Shown: positions 55,681 through 64,000 of the stretch, piece by piece
How the letters are laid out: each line of letters begins with the position of its first letter
How positions within the stretch are numbered: the stretch's first letter is position 1
NCBI GenBank assembly: GCA_001771535.1
Contig: MEUB01000036.1
Span: 842 to 64,841 of the forward strand
Reading direction: 5' to 3'
Length of the DNA stretch: 64,000 nucleotides
Source: a candidate division WOR-1 bacterium RIFOXYB2_FULL_37_13
GTDB lineage: Bacteria > Margulisbacteria > WOR-1 > XYC2-FULL-46-14 > XYC2-FULL-37-10
The notes under the pieces: model-generated
Seen by the model: the letters and a program-made list of their open reading frames with translations, nothing else
Told to the model about the DNA's origin: nothing
The model's database searches: none
Position numbers and translations under genes: made by a program

Positions 55681-56037
55681 TCACACATTACTGTCAACTA
55701 CGGGATTATCCGCCGTAGGATTGCCGGCCATAGGGATAGAAAGGTCGCCGGATTCTTTTTCTTCTCTTTCAACTTTAACACGTGATTCATGCGCGCCAAA
55801 TAAAAATTCCGCCACAAGATCAAGAAGGCTTTTAGTCGCGGTCGCATGCATTTTAAATTCCAAGGTATCTATTTCTGCTCCTTCAGGAGTATACCTGTTA
55901 GTCACAGAAGTTTGTAACGGCTCATCAACAAGTTTCCGTTTAGCAGCCTTAATTTCACCGGCAAGGTCAGGCTCATATTTAATTGCTTTACTATTTCCAC
56001 TCTTCGGATTCATTGATATCGGCGATGTATAAGCCAT
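55681..56037 (-). CDS. Cluster ORFan, 118 aa (MAYTSPISMNPKSG...)
   Basis: AAGGAG RBS. No family recognised. Confidence 0.55.
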   Translation of the reverse strand: MAYTSPISMNPKSGNSKAIKYEPDLAGEIKAAKRKLVDEPLQTSVTNRYTPEGAEIDTLEFKMHATATKSLLDLVAEFLFGAHESRVKVEREEKESGDLSIPMAGNPTADNPVVDSNV

Positions 56038-56060
56038 TTCCCTTCACGCTCCTTTTTTCC

Positions 56061-57230
56061 CTAACTTCCTCCGCTAACAGGAACCGGAATATCCGCAGCA
56101 TATTTATTAAGTGTATCAATCACCCACTCTGTTCCTTGTTTTTCATAATTTTCAAATATCAGATCGGTAACATATTTCCCTTCAGGGGTTACTGTCTTTG
56201 CGTCAAAGTTAATCGCATCAATCCGTTCTGCAAGACTTTTCTCTTTTGCCCATTTTCTAAACCGTTCAAGATTCTTTTGATACCCTAACAATTGATCAAT
56301 ATCTCTTTTTAAGCTCTTGTAATCTTTCATGTAATCTTTATTCTGGTAATAACTCTGTAAAATAGGAGCAAAACGGTCTACGGCCCATTTATCGGCAAGC
56401 ATAAGTTTGTTTATTGTAGGATAACCAAATTTTTTGCCCGCGTCTTCAATAAACGAATTCGTAAGACCCATGGTAAACAATTTCCAGCCTTCAGAATTTA
56501 ACTTGTCAAAGCTTTGAGCAGGTTCGTCACTGCCAACAACAGAAGCAACAGCCGCATAGTGAAAAGCATTACTAACTGCGGTATTTCCCAAATCAGCATT
56601 GCTCCAACCCATTTCTTTTACTTTTGATGTCATAGTCCTTGCAGAAATAATTACAAGATATTTGGTTTCCGCAAGCTGCTTAAATGACCGCTCTCCTGTT
56701 AAATCCATTGAACTCAAAGTATCTTTCAAGATTATAAGAAGTTCATTTCTGTCCTTGATATTCCCTTTCCCAAGAGTAATATCATCCCAGAATTTTTTTG
56801 TAGTTTGAACCCCCAGCAATTTATCAAATTCTTTCTGATTCATGCCATCCGTTTTAAATGCCAAATCAAGAGAGGCAGAAACATTTGCTTCCTGAAATTT
56901 TTTATCAGGTCTTATCTGTCCAAGGAATGAATAAATTTGATGATCGAGAGTTGTAGGTATCGGGATATCTCCACTTGCTGCCGCGTCAACTCCACTTTGG
57001 GGAGTAACTATTCCTGGCGCTATATTTCCGCTGGCAGAAGAAGAGGTTCCGGTCGGTTCTATTTCGCCCGCAGAAGAAGTCGCTGAAGTTGACGGCAAAT
57101 AAGAAGAAAGAACCGAAGTATCAGTTCCCAATTCAACTCCGGGCATATTTCTGCCGCACCCGTCCACTACAAGATTTACATTTCTTGTCGGTTGTTTTGG
57201 CGCACTGGTTACAGGAATAAAAAGAGCCAA
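56061..57230 (-). CDS. Cluster ORFan, 389 aa with an S/T/G/P-rich N-terminal region
   Basis: TTG start with AGGAGG 7 nt upstream. S/T tract at about 56975-57119. No signal peptide. Confidence 0.6.
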   Translation of the reverse strand: MALFIPVTSAPKQPTRNVNLVVDGCGRNMPGVELGTDTSVLSSYLPSTSATSSAGEIEPTGTSSSASGNIAPGIVTPQSGVDAAASGDIPIPTTLDHQIYSFLGQIRPDKKFQEANVSASLDLAFKTDGMNQKEFDKLLGVQTTKKFWDDITLGKGNIKDRNELLIILKDTLSSMDLTGERSFKQLAETKYLVIISARTMTSKVKEMGWSNADLGNTAVSNAFHYAAVASVVGSDEPAQSFDKLNSEGWKLFTMGLTNSFIEDAGKKFGYPTINKLMLADKWAVDRFAPILQSYYQNKDYMKDYKSLKRDIDQLLGYQKNLERFRKWAKEKSLAERIDAINFDAKTVTPEGKYVTDLIFENYEKQGTEWVIDTLNKYAADIPVPVSGGS

Positions 57231-57279
57231 AGGAAATACCTCCTTTACCTTCTATAATATATAAATCATTACACCTCTA

Positions 57280-57307
57280 TAGTCGAATCAAGCTTTAAAA
57301 AACTTGC
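57280..57307 (-). promoter_or_regulatory. Sigma-28-like promoter P1
   Basis: Minus strand GCAAGTTT-TTTAAAGCTTGA-TTCGACTA, 49 nt upstream of start 57230. Confidence 0.5.
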
Positions 57308-57377
57308 ATTGATATATCAATTTTTTCTGAATCGCCAAGTTGCACAAATATTTGCCCTTTGCTACAATTGACAATGA

Positions 57378-58016
57378 ATGGATCTTTTTTTAAAACAAAG
57401 CGATTTTAGCGATCTTTCCTGCGATAAGGTCAAGGAAATTTGCCAATCCTGTACAAAATGCCAGTTATCACAAGGACGAACCAAAGTAGTTTTTGGCCAT
57501 GGCTCCATCCCCTGCGATTTGATGTTAATTGGTGAAGCGCCAGGGGCAGATGAAGATTTGCAAGGACTCCCTTTTGTAGGAAGGGCGGGAAAACTTTTAA
57601 CCCAAATTCTGGAATCTGTAGGGATTAACCGTCCTTATGATATTTATATCGCAAATACTGTAAAATGCAGACCTCCGGAAAACAGGGCGCCGCTCGCGCA
57701 GGAGCAGGAAGCCTGCTGGCCATATCTTCAGGCGCAAATATTTCAATTTGTAAAACCTAAAATAATTCTTCTGGCCGGCGCTCCCGCTGTAAAGGCTGTT
57801 TTAAAGATAGAGGAACCTATGACAAAAATAAGAGGCGAATGGAAAAAATTGCCGGGGACTGATATTGATGTCATGCCCATTTTTCATCCGGCCTACCTGC
57901 TGCGCAATCCCAGGAAAGATAAAGGCTCTCCAAAATGGTTAACATGGCAGGATATGCAAGAGGTAAAAAATGCCCTTAATTTCATACACAAAGTTCGTGA
58001 ATTAAATGCCTCCTGA
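57378..58016 (+). CDS. Uracil-DNA glycosylase, family 4
   Basis: CxxC...C cluster (CQSCTKCQL), GEAPGADED and PFVGRAGKLL motifs, HPAYLLR. Confidence 0.85.
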   Translation: MDLFLKQSDFSDLSCDKVKEICQSCTKCQLSQGRTKVVFGHGSIPCDLMLIGEAPGADEDLQGLPFVGRAGKLLTQILESVGINRPYDIYIANTVKCRPPENRAPLAQEQEACWPYLQAQIFQFVKPKIILLAGAPAVKAVLKIEEPMTKIRGEWKKLPGTDIDVMPIFHPAYLLRNPRKDKGSPKWLTWQDMQEVKNALNFIHKVRELNAS

Positions 58017-58698
58017 CATACGCCTTCAAAAATATATAGCACAATGCGGCATCTCCTCCCGCAGAAAAGCCGAAGAACTTATTTTAACGGGAAAGGTAAA
58101 AGTAAACGGACAAACAATTAACAAATTGGGTTCCAGGATTGATCCGGAAAAAGACAAAATATCGGTTAACGGAAAACTGCTGCAAAAAGATACAAAAAAA
58201 ATCTATATCAAACTTTATAAGCCAAAAGACTATATAAGTTCCTGCAAAAAATACCCCGGCGAAAAAAATATTTTTGATCTCATAAAAGATGTCCCATACA
58301 GGCTATACCCTGTCGGACGGCTTGATAAAGATTCCGAAGGACTGATGCTGTTAACAAACGACGGTGAATTGGCAAACAGATTGATGCATCCCAAATATCA
58401 GCACGAAAAAGAGTATGAGGTTGTTATTGAAAAGTATTTGCCTGTAAAAGACATAAAAAAACTGGAGACAGGGATTATTCTCGACGGAAAGAAAACTCTG
58501 CCCGTAAAAATAAGCATAATCGGCAGCAAAAAAATCAATATGATTTTAAAAGAAGGCAAAAAAAGACAAATCAGAAGAATGCTTGAATCCATAGGAAATA
58601 ATGTTTTACAGCTAAAAAGAACCAGAATAAAAAAAATAAAGCTGGATAATTTAACGCCCGGCACATGGGAATTTATCAATAACCCCAATTTACAGTAA
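58006..58698 (+). CDS. Pseudouridine synthase, RsuA/RluB family (S4 domain plus catalytic domain)
   Basis: RLQKYIAQCGISSRRKAEELI S4 motif and GRLDKDSEGLMLLTNDG catalytic Asp motif. Confidence 0.85.
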   Translation: MPPDIRLQKYIAQCGISSRRKAEELILTGKVKVNGQTINKLGSRIDPEKDKISVNGKLLQKDTKKIYIKLYKPKDYISSCKKYPGEKNIFDLIKDVPYRLYPVGRLDKDSEGLMLLTNDGELANRLMHPKYQHEKEYEVVIEKYLPVKDIKKLETGIILDGKKTLPVKISIIGSKKINMILKEGKKRQIRRMLESIGNNVLQLKRTRIKKIKLDNLTPGTWEFINNPNLQ

Positions 58699-58734
58699 AA
58701 CTGTTAATCTTGACAAGCAGTATATAATTGTTTT

Positions 58735-59367
58735 ATGCAGAATATCCTTCAAGACAAAGAATTCCAAAGGCTCGAAAAACTTTATCCCTTTTTATCCCGT
58801 GCCCGTGAACACATAGCCCAACTCGAAAAAGAAAAATATGTAATTGTAGATGTGGAAACAACGGGACTTGATCCCGTCCAAAACGAAATAATAGAAATCG
58901 GCGCGCTTAAGGTAGAAGAAGGCGAAGTAAAAGACGTCTTTAATACATTGATATGCCCGTCAGCAGAAATAAGCAGTCGGATAGAACAACTGACAGGCAT
59001 TAATAAAGAAATGGTGTCAGGCCATCCGACAATAAAAGATATCGCGCCGCAATTTTTATCTTTTATGGGAAATAATATTATTGTGGCACATAATACGGAT
59101 TTTGACATACCGTTCCTTAAACATCATCTTGGTAAAAAATTCGACAATATGCTTGTTTGCACGCTGAAATTATCAAAAAAATACCTGCCAAACCTTTCAA
59201 ACCACAAATTACATACTCTTGCGGCATATTATGGAATTAATGCCCAAAACCAGCACAGAGCACTGGGAGACGTTGAAACAACTTATCAAATATGGACAAA
59301 AATGATCCCTTTTTTAAGAGACAAAGGCATTTACAGTAAAGAAGATTTGCAGAAAGTTTTCCTATAA
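58735..59367 (+). CDS. DnaQ-like 3-prime to 5-prime exonuclease (DNA pol III epsilon family)
   Basis: VIVDVETTGLDP (ExoI), VAHNTDFDIPFL (ExoII), HRALGDVETT (ExoIII). Confidence 0.85.
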   Translation: MQNILQDKEFQRLEKLYPFLSRAREHIAQLEKEKYVIVDVETTGLDPVQNEIIEIGALKVEEGEVKDVFNTLICPSAEISSRIEQLTGINKEMVSGHPTIKDIAPQFLSFMGNNIIVAHNTDFDIPFLKHHLGKKFDNMLVCTLKLSKKYLPNLSNHKLHTLAAYYGINAQNQHRALGDVETTYQIWTKMIPFLRDKGIYSKEDLQKVFL

Positions 59368-59412
59368 GATACAATTAAGTACAGCTCAATCTTAAAAAAG
59401 GCAGACAGTAAA

Positions 59413-60408
59413 ATGGATTTTATTAAGGATATTTGGAATAGGGCGAAAAAATCACAAAAAAGAATAGTCCTTCCGGAAACAGAAGATATAAGAATTATAA
59501 AAGCGGCCGCGCTTATAACCCAGAGTAAGCTTGCAAATATAATATTAATCGGCGATGAAACTCAAATCAAGGAAAAAGCAGCTTCTTCGGATACAAGCCT
59601 TTCCGGCGTTTCAATAATCAATCCGCCAAATTATCCTAAAATAAAAGAGCTATCAAGAATGTACCAGTTAAAACTTGAAAAAAAAGGGATGACAGAAGAA
59701 AAGGCCTATCAGATTTTAACAACAGACTTCCCGTTTTTTGGAGCAATGCTTGTTAATGGAGGAGAAGCAGATGGAATGGTATCGGGCGCCAACCACCCTA
59801 CCGCAAACACTATTTTAGCCGCGATCCAATGCCTAGGCACAAAAGAAGGCTGTTCAATTATTTCCAGTTTTTTCGCGATGATACTGCCCAAAAAAGAATT
59901 TGGAGAAGAAGGCCTTATGTTTTATGCCGATTGCGGAGTAATCCCCAATCCGAATTCAGAAGAATTAGCTCAAATTGCATTACAAACAGCAGATTCTTTT
60001 GTAAAATGCACGGGGATTACCCCTCAAATCGCGATGCTGTCTTTTTCAACCAAAAATTCGGCAAAGCATCCGGATGTTGACAAGGTTTTAAAAGCAACAG
60101 AAATTGCCCAGGCCAAAAGAAGCAGCCTTTTAATTGACGGGCCGCTACAGGTTGATGCTGCAATTGTTCAATCTATCGGCAGGAAAAAAGCTCCTGGAAG
60201 CCCTGTGGCAGGTTCGGCCAATATATTAATTTTCCCTGACCTTGACGCGGGAAATATCGGTTATAAGCTTACAGAGAGGCTTGGAGGAGCAATTGCGCTT
60301 GGCCCGATTTTTCAAGGAGTTAAAAAACCCGTAAACGATTTATCTCGCGGTTGTTCTGTTGAAGATATTGTCAATGTGGTCGCCATCACGGCAGTGCAAG
60401 CCGAGTAG
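59413..60408 (+). CDS. pta: Phosphate acetyltransferase
   Basis: RIVLPETEDIRIIKAA, ADGMVSGA and LIFPDLDAGNIGYKL motifs; short (about 330 aa) Pta form. Confidence 0.9.
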   Translation: MDFIKDIWNRAKKSQKRIVLPETEDIRIIKAAALITQSKLANIILIGDETQIKEKAASSDTSLSGVSIINPPNYPKIKELSRMYQLKLEKKGMTEEKAYQILTTDFPFFGAMLVNGGEADGMVSGANHPTANTILAAIQCLGTKEGCSIISSFFAMILPKKEFGEEGLMFYADCGVIPNPNSEELAQIALQTADSFVKCTGITPQIAMLSFSTKNSAKHPDVDKVLKATEIAQAKRSSLLIDGPLQVDAAIVQSIGRKKAPGSPVAGSANILIFPDLDAGNIGYKLTERLGGAIALGPIFQGVKKPVNDLSRGCSVEDIVNVVAITAVQAE

Positions 60409-60415
60409 CAAATAA

Positions 60416-61741
60416 ATGAATATGCAAAATCTGCTTAATCTGGCAAAATCAAAAGACGTAGAAATAGAAATTTATAAAACGACGACAAGTGCAACTTCAA
60501 TTGATGTTCTTGACAACAAGGTTGAATCTATAGACTCATCACAGGAACACGGGCTGTCAATTAAAGTGATTAAAAATCATCAATTGGGATTTGCATATAC
60601 AACTGATTTTGAAGAAGAAATATTGGAAGAAACTCTGGAAAAAGCTGTTTTGAATTCCAGATATAACAGTATAGATGACAATTGGGAACTGGCAGCTTCA
60701 AAAGAAATTTTGCCGATCATAACATACAACAGGGAATTAGACGCGCTCTCAATCGAAGATAAAATCGCGCTTGCGTTAAAAACAGAAGAATTCGCGTATA
60801 AAACAGACAAAAGAATAAAAAAAACAGAAAAAGTCTCTTACATGGATTTCCAAGCCAAAATAGAGATATTCAACTCAAATGGAGTTAATCTTTCTTACAA
60901 CACAAATAGCTACGGTCTTATGTGTGACGTTATAGCAGAAGAAAAAGGGAGCAGAGAAAGCGGCTCTTCTATAAAATTCCTCAAAAATCTTGATGCAAAT
61001 TTAAGCGAAAAGACAGGAACCGAAGCCGCCAAAAAAGCATGTGAACTTCTTTGCGCGGAAGGTATTGGTCCGCAAAAATTGCCGCTGATACTTGATCCAA
61101 TGGTTGGCGCGCAAATTGTCGGCGCGATGGCAGCTTTATTTTCTGCGGATTCCAAACAAAAAGGCAAATCTCTCCTGGCAGGCAAGTTAAATCAAACCAT
61201 CGGATCAAAAATTTTATCTATTATTGATAACGGAAGATTACAAAATGGACTAATGAGCAGTCCTTTTGATGATGAAGGCATAAAAACGCAGGAAACAATT
61301 CTTGTAGAAAACGGACAATTAATAAATTTTCTTTGTAACATATACACCGCCAAAAAAGAAAAAAAAGAATCAACAGGGAACGGAAGAAGCGCTTCATATA
61401 AATTTCTGCCCGATGTCGCGCCAAGCAATCTTTATATAAAAGAAGGGAAAAAAGATCCAAAAGATATAATATCAAATACAAAAAAAGGAATTTATATTAC
61501 GCGAGTAATGGGAATGCACACTATTAATCCGGTATCCGGGGATTTTTCAATCGGCGCCGCCGGTATTGTGATTGAAAACGGAGAAAAAACATATCCTGTC
61601 AGAGGAATAACAATTGCAGGGAATTTAATTGAGCTGCTTGAATCAATCGAAGAAATAGGAACCGATTTAACCTTTTTCCCTTTTTCCGCAAACTTTGGAA
61701 GCCCTACCCTTTTAATCAACAACATATCAGTAAGCGGCTGA
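60416..61741 (+). CDS. TldD/PmbA-family metalloprotease
   Basis: Size and C-terminal GDFSIGAAGIVIENGE...VRGITIAGNLIELL pattern typical of PmbA/TldD. Confidence 0.8.
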   Translation: MNMQNLLNLAKSKDVEIEIYKTTTSATSIDVLDNKVESIDSSQEHGLSIKVIKNHQLGFAYTTDFEEEILEETLEKAVLNSRYNSIDDNWELAASKEILPIITYNRELDALSIEDKIALALKTEEFAYKTDKRIKKTEKVSYMDFQAKIEIFNSNGVNLSYNTNSYGLMCDVIAEEKGSRESGSSIKFLKNLDANLSEKTGTEAAKKACELLCAEGIGPQKLPLILDPMVGAQIVGAMAALFSADSKQKGKSLLAGKLNQTIGSKILSIIDNGRLQNGLMSSPFDDEGIKTQETILVENGQLINFLCNIYTAKKEKKESTGNGRSASYKFLPDVAPSNLYIKEGKKDPKDIISNTKKGIYITRVMGMHTINPVSGDFSIGAAGIVIENGEKTYPVRGITIAGNLIELLESIEEIGTDLTFFPFSANFGSPTLLINNISVSG

Positions 61742-61858
61742 ATAAAAACTTAAAAAAACAATAGACTGAAATTTCCTGAAAGTTTCTTCGAAAAACATTA
61801 AATATCAAGAATTATTGTTGTAAAACAAATATTTGAATATTATGAAAGGAGAAGGGAG

Positions 61859-62515
61859 ATGTTAGGCAGTGCAAGTGAAGTTCAATCTCAGGCTCACTAT
61901 TATAGCCGGCCTATTAGAACAGCTAGAAAAACAACTTCTCATCGGAGCTTAGCCAAATTTTGGCATCTTGGACAAGAATTAAGAGATATAGGAATAAATA
62001 ACCCTCCAACCTTCTTTTTTAGAAAAGTATATCTTAAAAGCCCCGAGCAATATGAAGGGTTTTGTAGGTTTTATGAATATTTTATGGGAAGATTTAGAGG
62101 CGTGCTAAAAGAAAGCGGGAGCGGAAATGAAGAACGTTTAAGTTTTAATATAATACCCCCTACAATGTATATTATGATGAGATTGGATTTCGATCGTTTA
62201 ATTATGGAACTTAATGTGAATAAAGATAAATGGTTCCAATTCTATAATGAACACATTAGGAATATAGACGTAGGAGTATCTATACAGGGACAACACAGAG
62301 AGGGCAGAGGTTTAAGATTTTTCCAATTTAAAATAATAGAAGAAATAATCACTCAAAACAATATAGAAGCTTATAATCTCGGAAGAAAAGAACGCCTTAT
62401 AGGGCTTAAGTTAATTAGTGACAAATTTATTCTTTCTCTTTTAGATGTTCATATTTTTCTAAGAACCTCTTCACCATGCATTTTGAATCTTTGTGATGGC
62501 ACAACTTTTAAGTAA
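61859..62515 (+). CDS. Hypothetical protein (218 aa)
   Basis: GGAGAAGGGAG purine run before the ATG. No family recognised. Confidence 0.45.
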   Translation: MLGSASEVQSQAHYYSRPIRTARKTTSHRSLAKFWHLGQELRDIGINNPPTFFFRKVYLKSPEQYEGFCRFYEYFMGRFRGVLKESGSGNEERLSFNIIPPTMYIMMRLDFDRLIMELNVNKDKWFQFYNEHIRNIDVGVSIQGQHREGRGLRFFQFKIIEEIITQNNIEAYNLGRKERLIGLKLISDKFILSLLDVHIFLRTSSPCILNLCDGTTFK

Positions 62516-62530
62516 ATTTTGGAAATAGCA

Positions 62531-64000
62531 ATGAAGACTGAACCATTACAACATCAACATCGTTTTGAAAGTAGTCAGCCGCGGCTCTTCCCTGATTATT
62601 CGGGAAAGTTTGCTTCTAATGCCCTGATAAATATTAATACCTATAAATCAGAAATGGCGGCCACTCACAGGAAACAACTGCAAAGATTATTAACCCTTGC
62701 TCAAGAAAAGCACAGAATTACAAATATTGACGGACTAGCCCCTTTCCAAATAATAAGGACATACAGGCTGTATCAAATAGACGAAACAGATATAGACTTT
62801 TTTATTATAGGAGAAAAGAGAACAACTCTTGACTTAAGCGCGGGAAGATTAGAAGCTTTTTTTAGAACGAAAAGTTTTACTTCTCTTTTAGGTGCTCTGC
62901 CAAAAAAATCATCTCCAACATTAAAACCTCAAATTCAAGCTCAAGTTGAGGAATTGGAAAATTTCCTGCATCAAGATTCTAAGAGGCTCGAAACAATTTT
63001 AACAGACAAAAGCAAAGGGGTCGCATTTATTGAAGCAGAGCTAACAGCAGTCTGTAGAAAACTCTATGCGGACTACGGGTTTTGCCCTACAATTTATCGT
63101 GATATTGATATTGAGCACCATAAAGCAAGAATTCTTTTTAAAATAGACCCCGAGACAAAAGATGAAATTATAAACGTAATAGCCAACTTTGATCCGGAAA
63201 GCACCTCTTTCGTTGCTGTAAAAGAAGTAAAAACTTTAACCAAATTTGAACACTTTATACTTGATCTTAGGGATCGGGCTACTTTTGAGAAACATGATAT
63301 TCCTATTGACGAAAAAAGAGCCGCATCGGATGTAGAGCATGGAACAACTTTTTTGGTAGTATTCAGAGGAAAGTTTGACGAAGTAGAACCATTGGTTATG
63401 ACTATACATTCTGACAAAGAGAGTTGCTTTGCGGATAAAGAAACAGGAGAAAAAGCTGCTGAAGCGATAGAAGCCTATTTAACTAAAGCCTTATTGGCGC
63501 TTAAAGGTGTAGAGAAGCTGTCATCAATCAAGCATCCGGCTGAGGCAATGCCTTCAATTGCAGGAATGAATGGGTCAACGGAAGGAAGTGGAATAAAAAA
63601 TAGTTCTTCCGAAGGAACGCCTTTAGTCTTACTTAATCAACAAGAACAAGTAGGATTGGCATTGAGGGAGGCAAAAACATGGAATATTGCAACTTCTTAT
63701 AGAATAACAAGTACTATTGAAAGACTTGAAAAAGATTTTGTTCTAAGGACTCCTCAATTTGGAGTTGTTTTATCTCGAGATTTGTACCTAAATCCTAAAA
63801 ATAGTTTAAGAGATGAGGACATAGAAACATTAATAGAAGAGCTTTATCCTTTATTTGTCGATGATTGGAGCAAAGTTTTGACTAATAATTCACTGCCTGT
63901 CTTTAAAGGTATGGCTCGAGAACTTCTTCATCATTGGTTGATAGAAGATAACCCGTTTGCATTTTTTATATGGAGAATTAAGAAAATTTTATATGGATTA
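62531..64000 (+). CDS. Hypothetical protein, at least 490 aa, 3-prime end outside the window (absent from the ORF track)
   Basis: Manual translation from ATG 62531 (MKTEPLQHQHRFESSQPRLFPDYSGKF...) gives 490 codons without a stop up to position 64000. The track ORF 63094-63417 is antisense to it. Confidence 0.65.
   Translation, partial: MKTEPLQHQHRFESSQPRLFPDYSGKFASNALININTYKSEMAATHRKQLQRLLTLAQEKHRITNIDGLAPFQIIRTYRLYQIDETDIDFFIIGEKRTTLDLSAGRLEAFFRTKSFTSLLGALPKKSSPTLKPQIQAQVEELENFLHQDSKRLETILTDKSKGVAFIEAELTAVCRKLYADYGFCPTIYRDIDIEHHKARILFKIDPETKDEIINVIANFDPESTSFVAVKEVKTLTKFEHFILDLRDRATFEKHDIPIDEKRAASDVEHGTTFLVVFRGKFDEVEPLVMTIHSDKESCFADKETGEKAAEAIEAYLTKALLALKGVEKLSSIKHPAEAMPSIAGMNGSTEGSGIKNSSSEGTPLVLLNQQEQVGLALREAKTWNIATSYRITSTIERLEKDFVLRTPQFGVVLSRDLYLNPKNSLRDEDIETLIEELYPLFVDDWSKVLTNNSLPVFKGMARELLHHWLIEDNPFAFFIWRIKKILYGL

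Noticed and set aside
42759-57230. Calling the cluster a conventional flagellar late-gene locus (flagellin, hook-associated proteins, FliD/FliS)
   Set aside because: Apart from the promoter resemblance and one FlgM-like C-terminus, none of the proteins shows the conserved N- and C-terminal heptad signatures of flagellin or HAPs, or any motif I recognise from FliD, FliS, FlgN or FliK. The flagellar label is kept only as a regulatory analogy.
63094-63417. 107-aa minus-strand ORF from the track
   Set aside because: It lies antisense within a 490-codon uninterrupted plus-strand frame (62531-64000), and the longer frame is preferred.
1-64000. tRNA, rRNA, tmRNA or RNase P genes in intergenic gaps
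   Set aside because: No GTTCGAATC-type T-arm or acceptor-stem pairing was noticed in any gap longer than 60 nt. A covariance-model scan (tRNAscan-SE or Infernal) would be needed for certainty.

Overview
Visibly AT-rich bacterial chromosome segment, probably from an uncultivated diderm lineage (LptF/G permease and large beta-barrel-like proteins are present; taxon not assignable from sequence alone). No rRNA, tRNA or CRISPR was seen. Layout: (1) 0-20 kb is ordinary housekeeping (rdgB, UPF0016 transporter, holB, PSP1/YaaT, HIT, rpsU, LptF/G, TPR protein, FemAB, VapBC, trpG, serS, ispF, tyrS, a 1067-aa OMP-like protein plus NHL propeller, trpB2, trpC). (2) 20.1-33.8 kb is an accessory island. 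It holds an MNT/HEPN pair, a decayed IS4/IS1634-like transposase, a 4-gene operon (Trx-like CxxC protein, two ORFans, N-terminally extended GMC flavoprotein), three copies of a paralogous membrane-protein family with a conserved promoter module, and a fully resolvable nested IS-in-IS-in-gene insertion. (3) 33.8-42.7 kb holds rsmH (carrying an in-frame heptanucleotide repeat array), an ftsL-like gene, gltX, a stand-alone C-terminal half of carB, a secreted tandem-repeat protein and glycosyltransferases. (4) 42.7-57.3 kb is the most interesting part. It is a 15-gene, single-strand cluster made almost entirely of ORFans without Sec signal peptides. These include a 1523-aa modular membrane protein, a 759-aa acidic/aromatic protein with a basic tail, several 58-130-aa helical proteins and one FlgM-like candidate, together with a GT2-TPR and a CgeB-like glycosyltransferase. 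The cluster is split into four transcription units, each preceded by the same bipartite motif (G/A)CAAGTTT-N12-T(A/T)CGA, which resembles sigma-28/FliA-class promoters. (5) 57.4-61.7 kb is housekeeping (family-4 UDG, pseudouridine synthase, DnaQ-like exonuclease, pta, TldD/PmbA). It is followed by two ORFans, one of which (62531 to the window end) is missing from the ORF track because it has no stop in the window.
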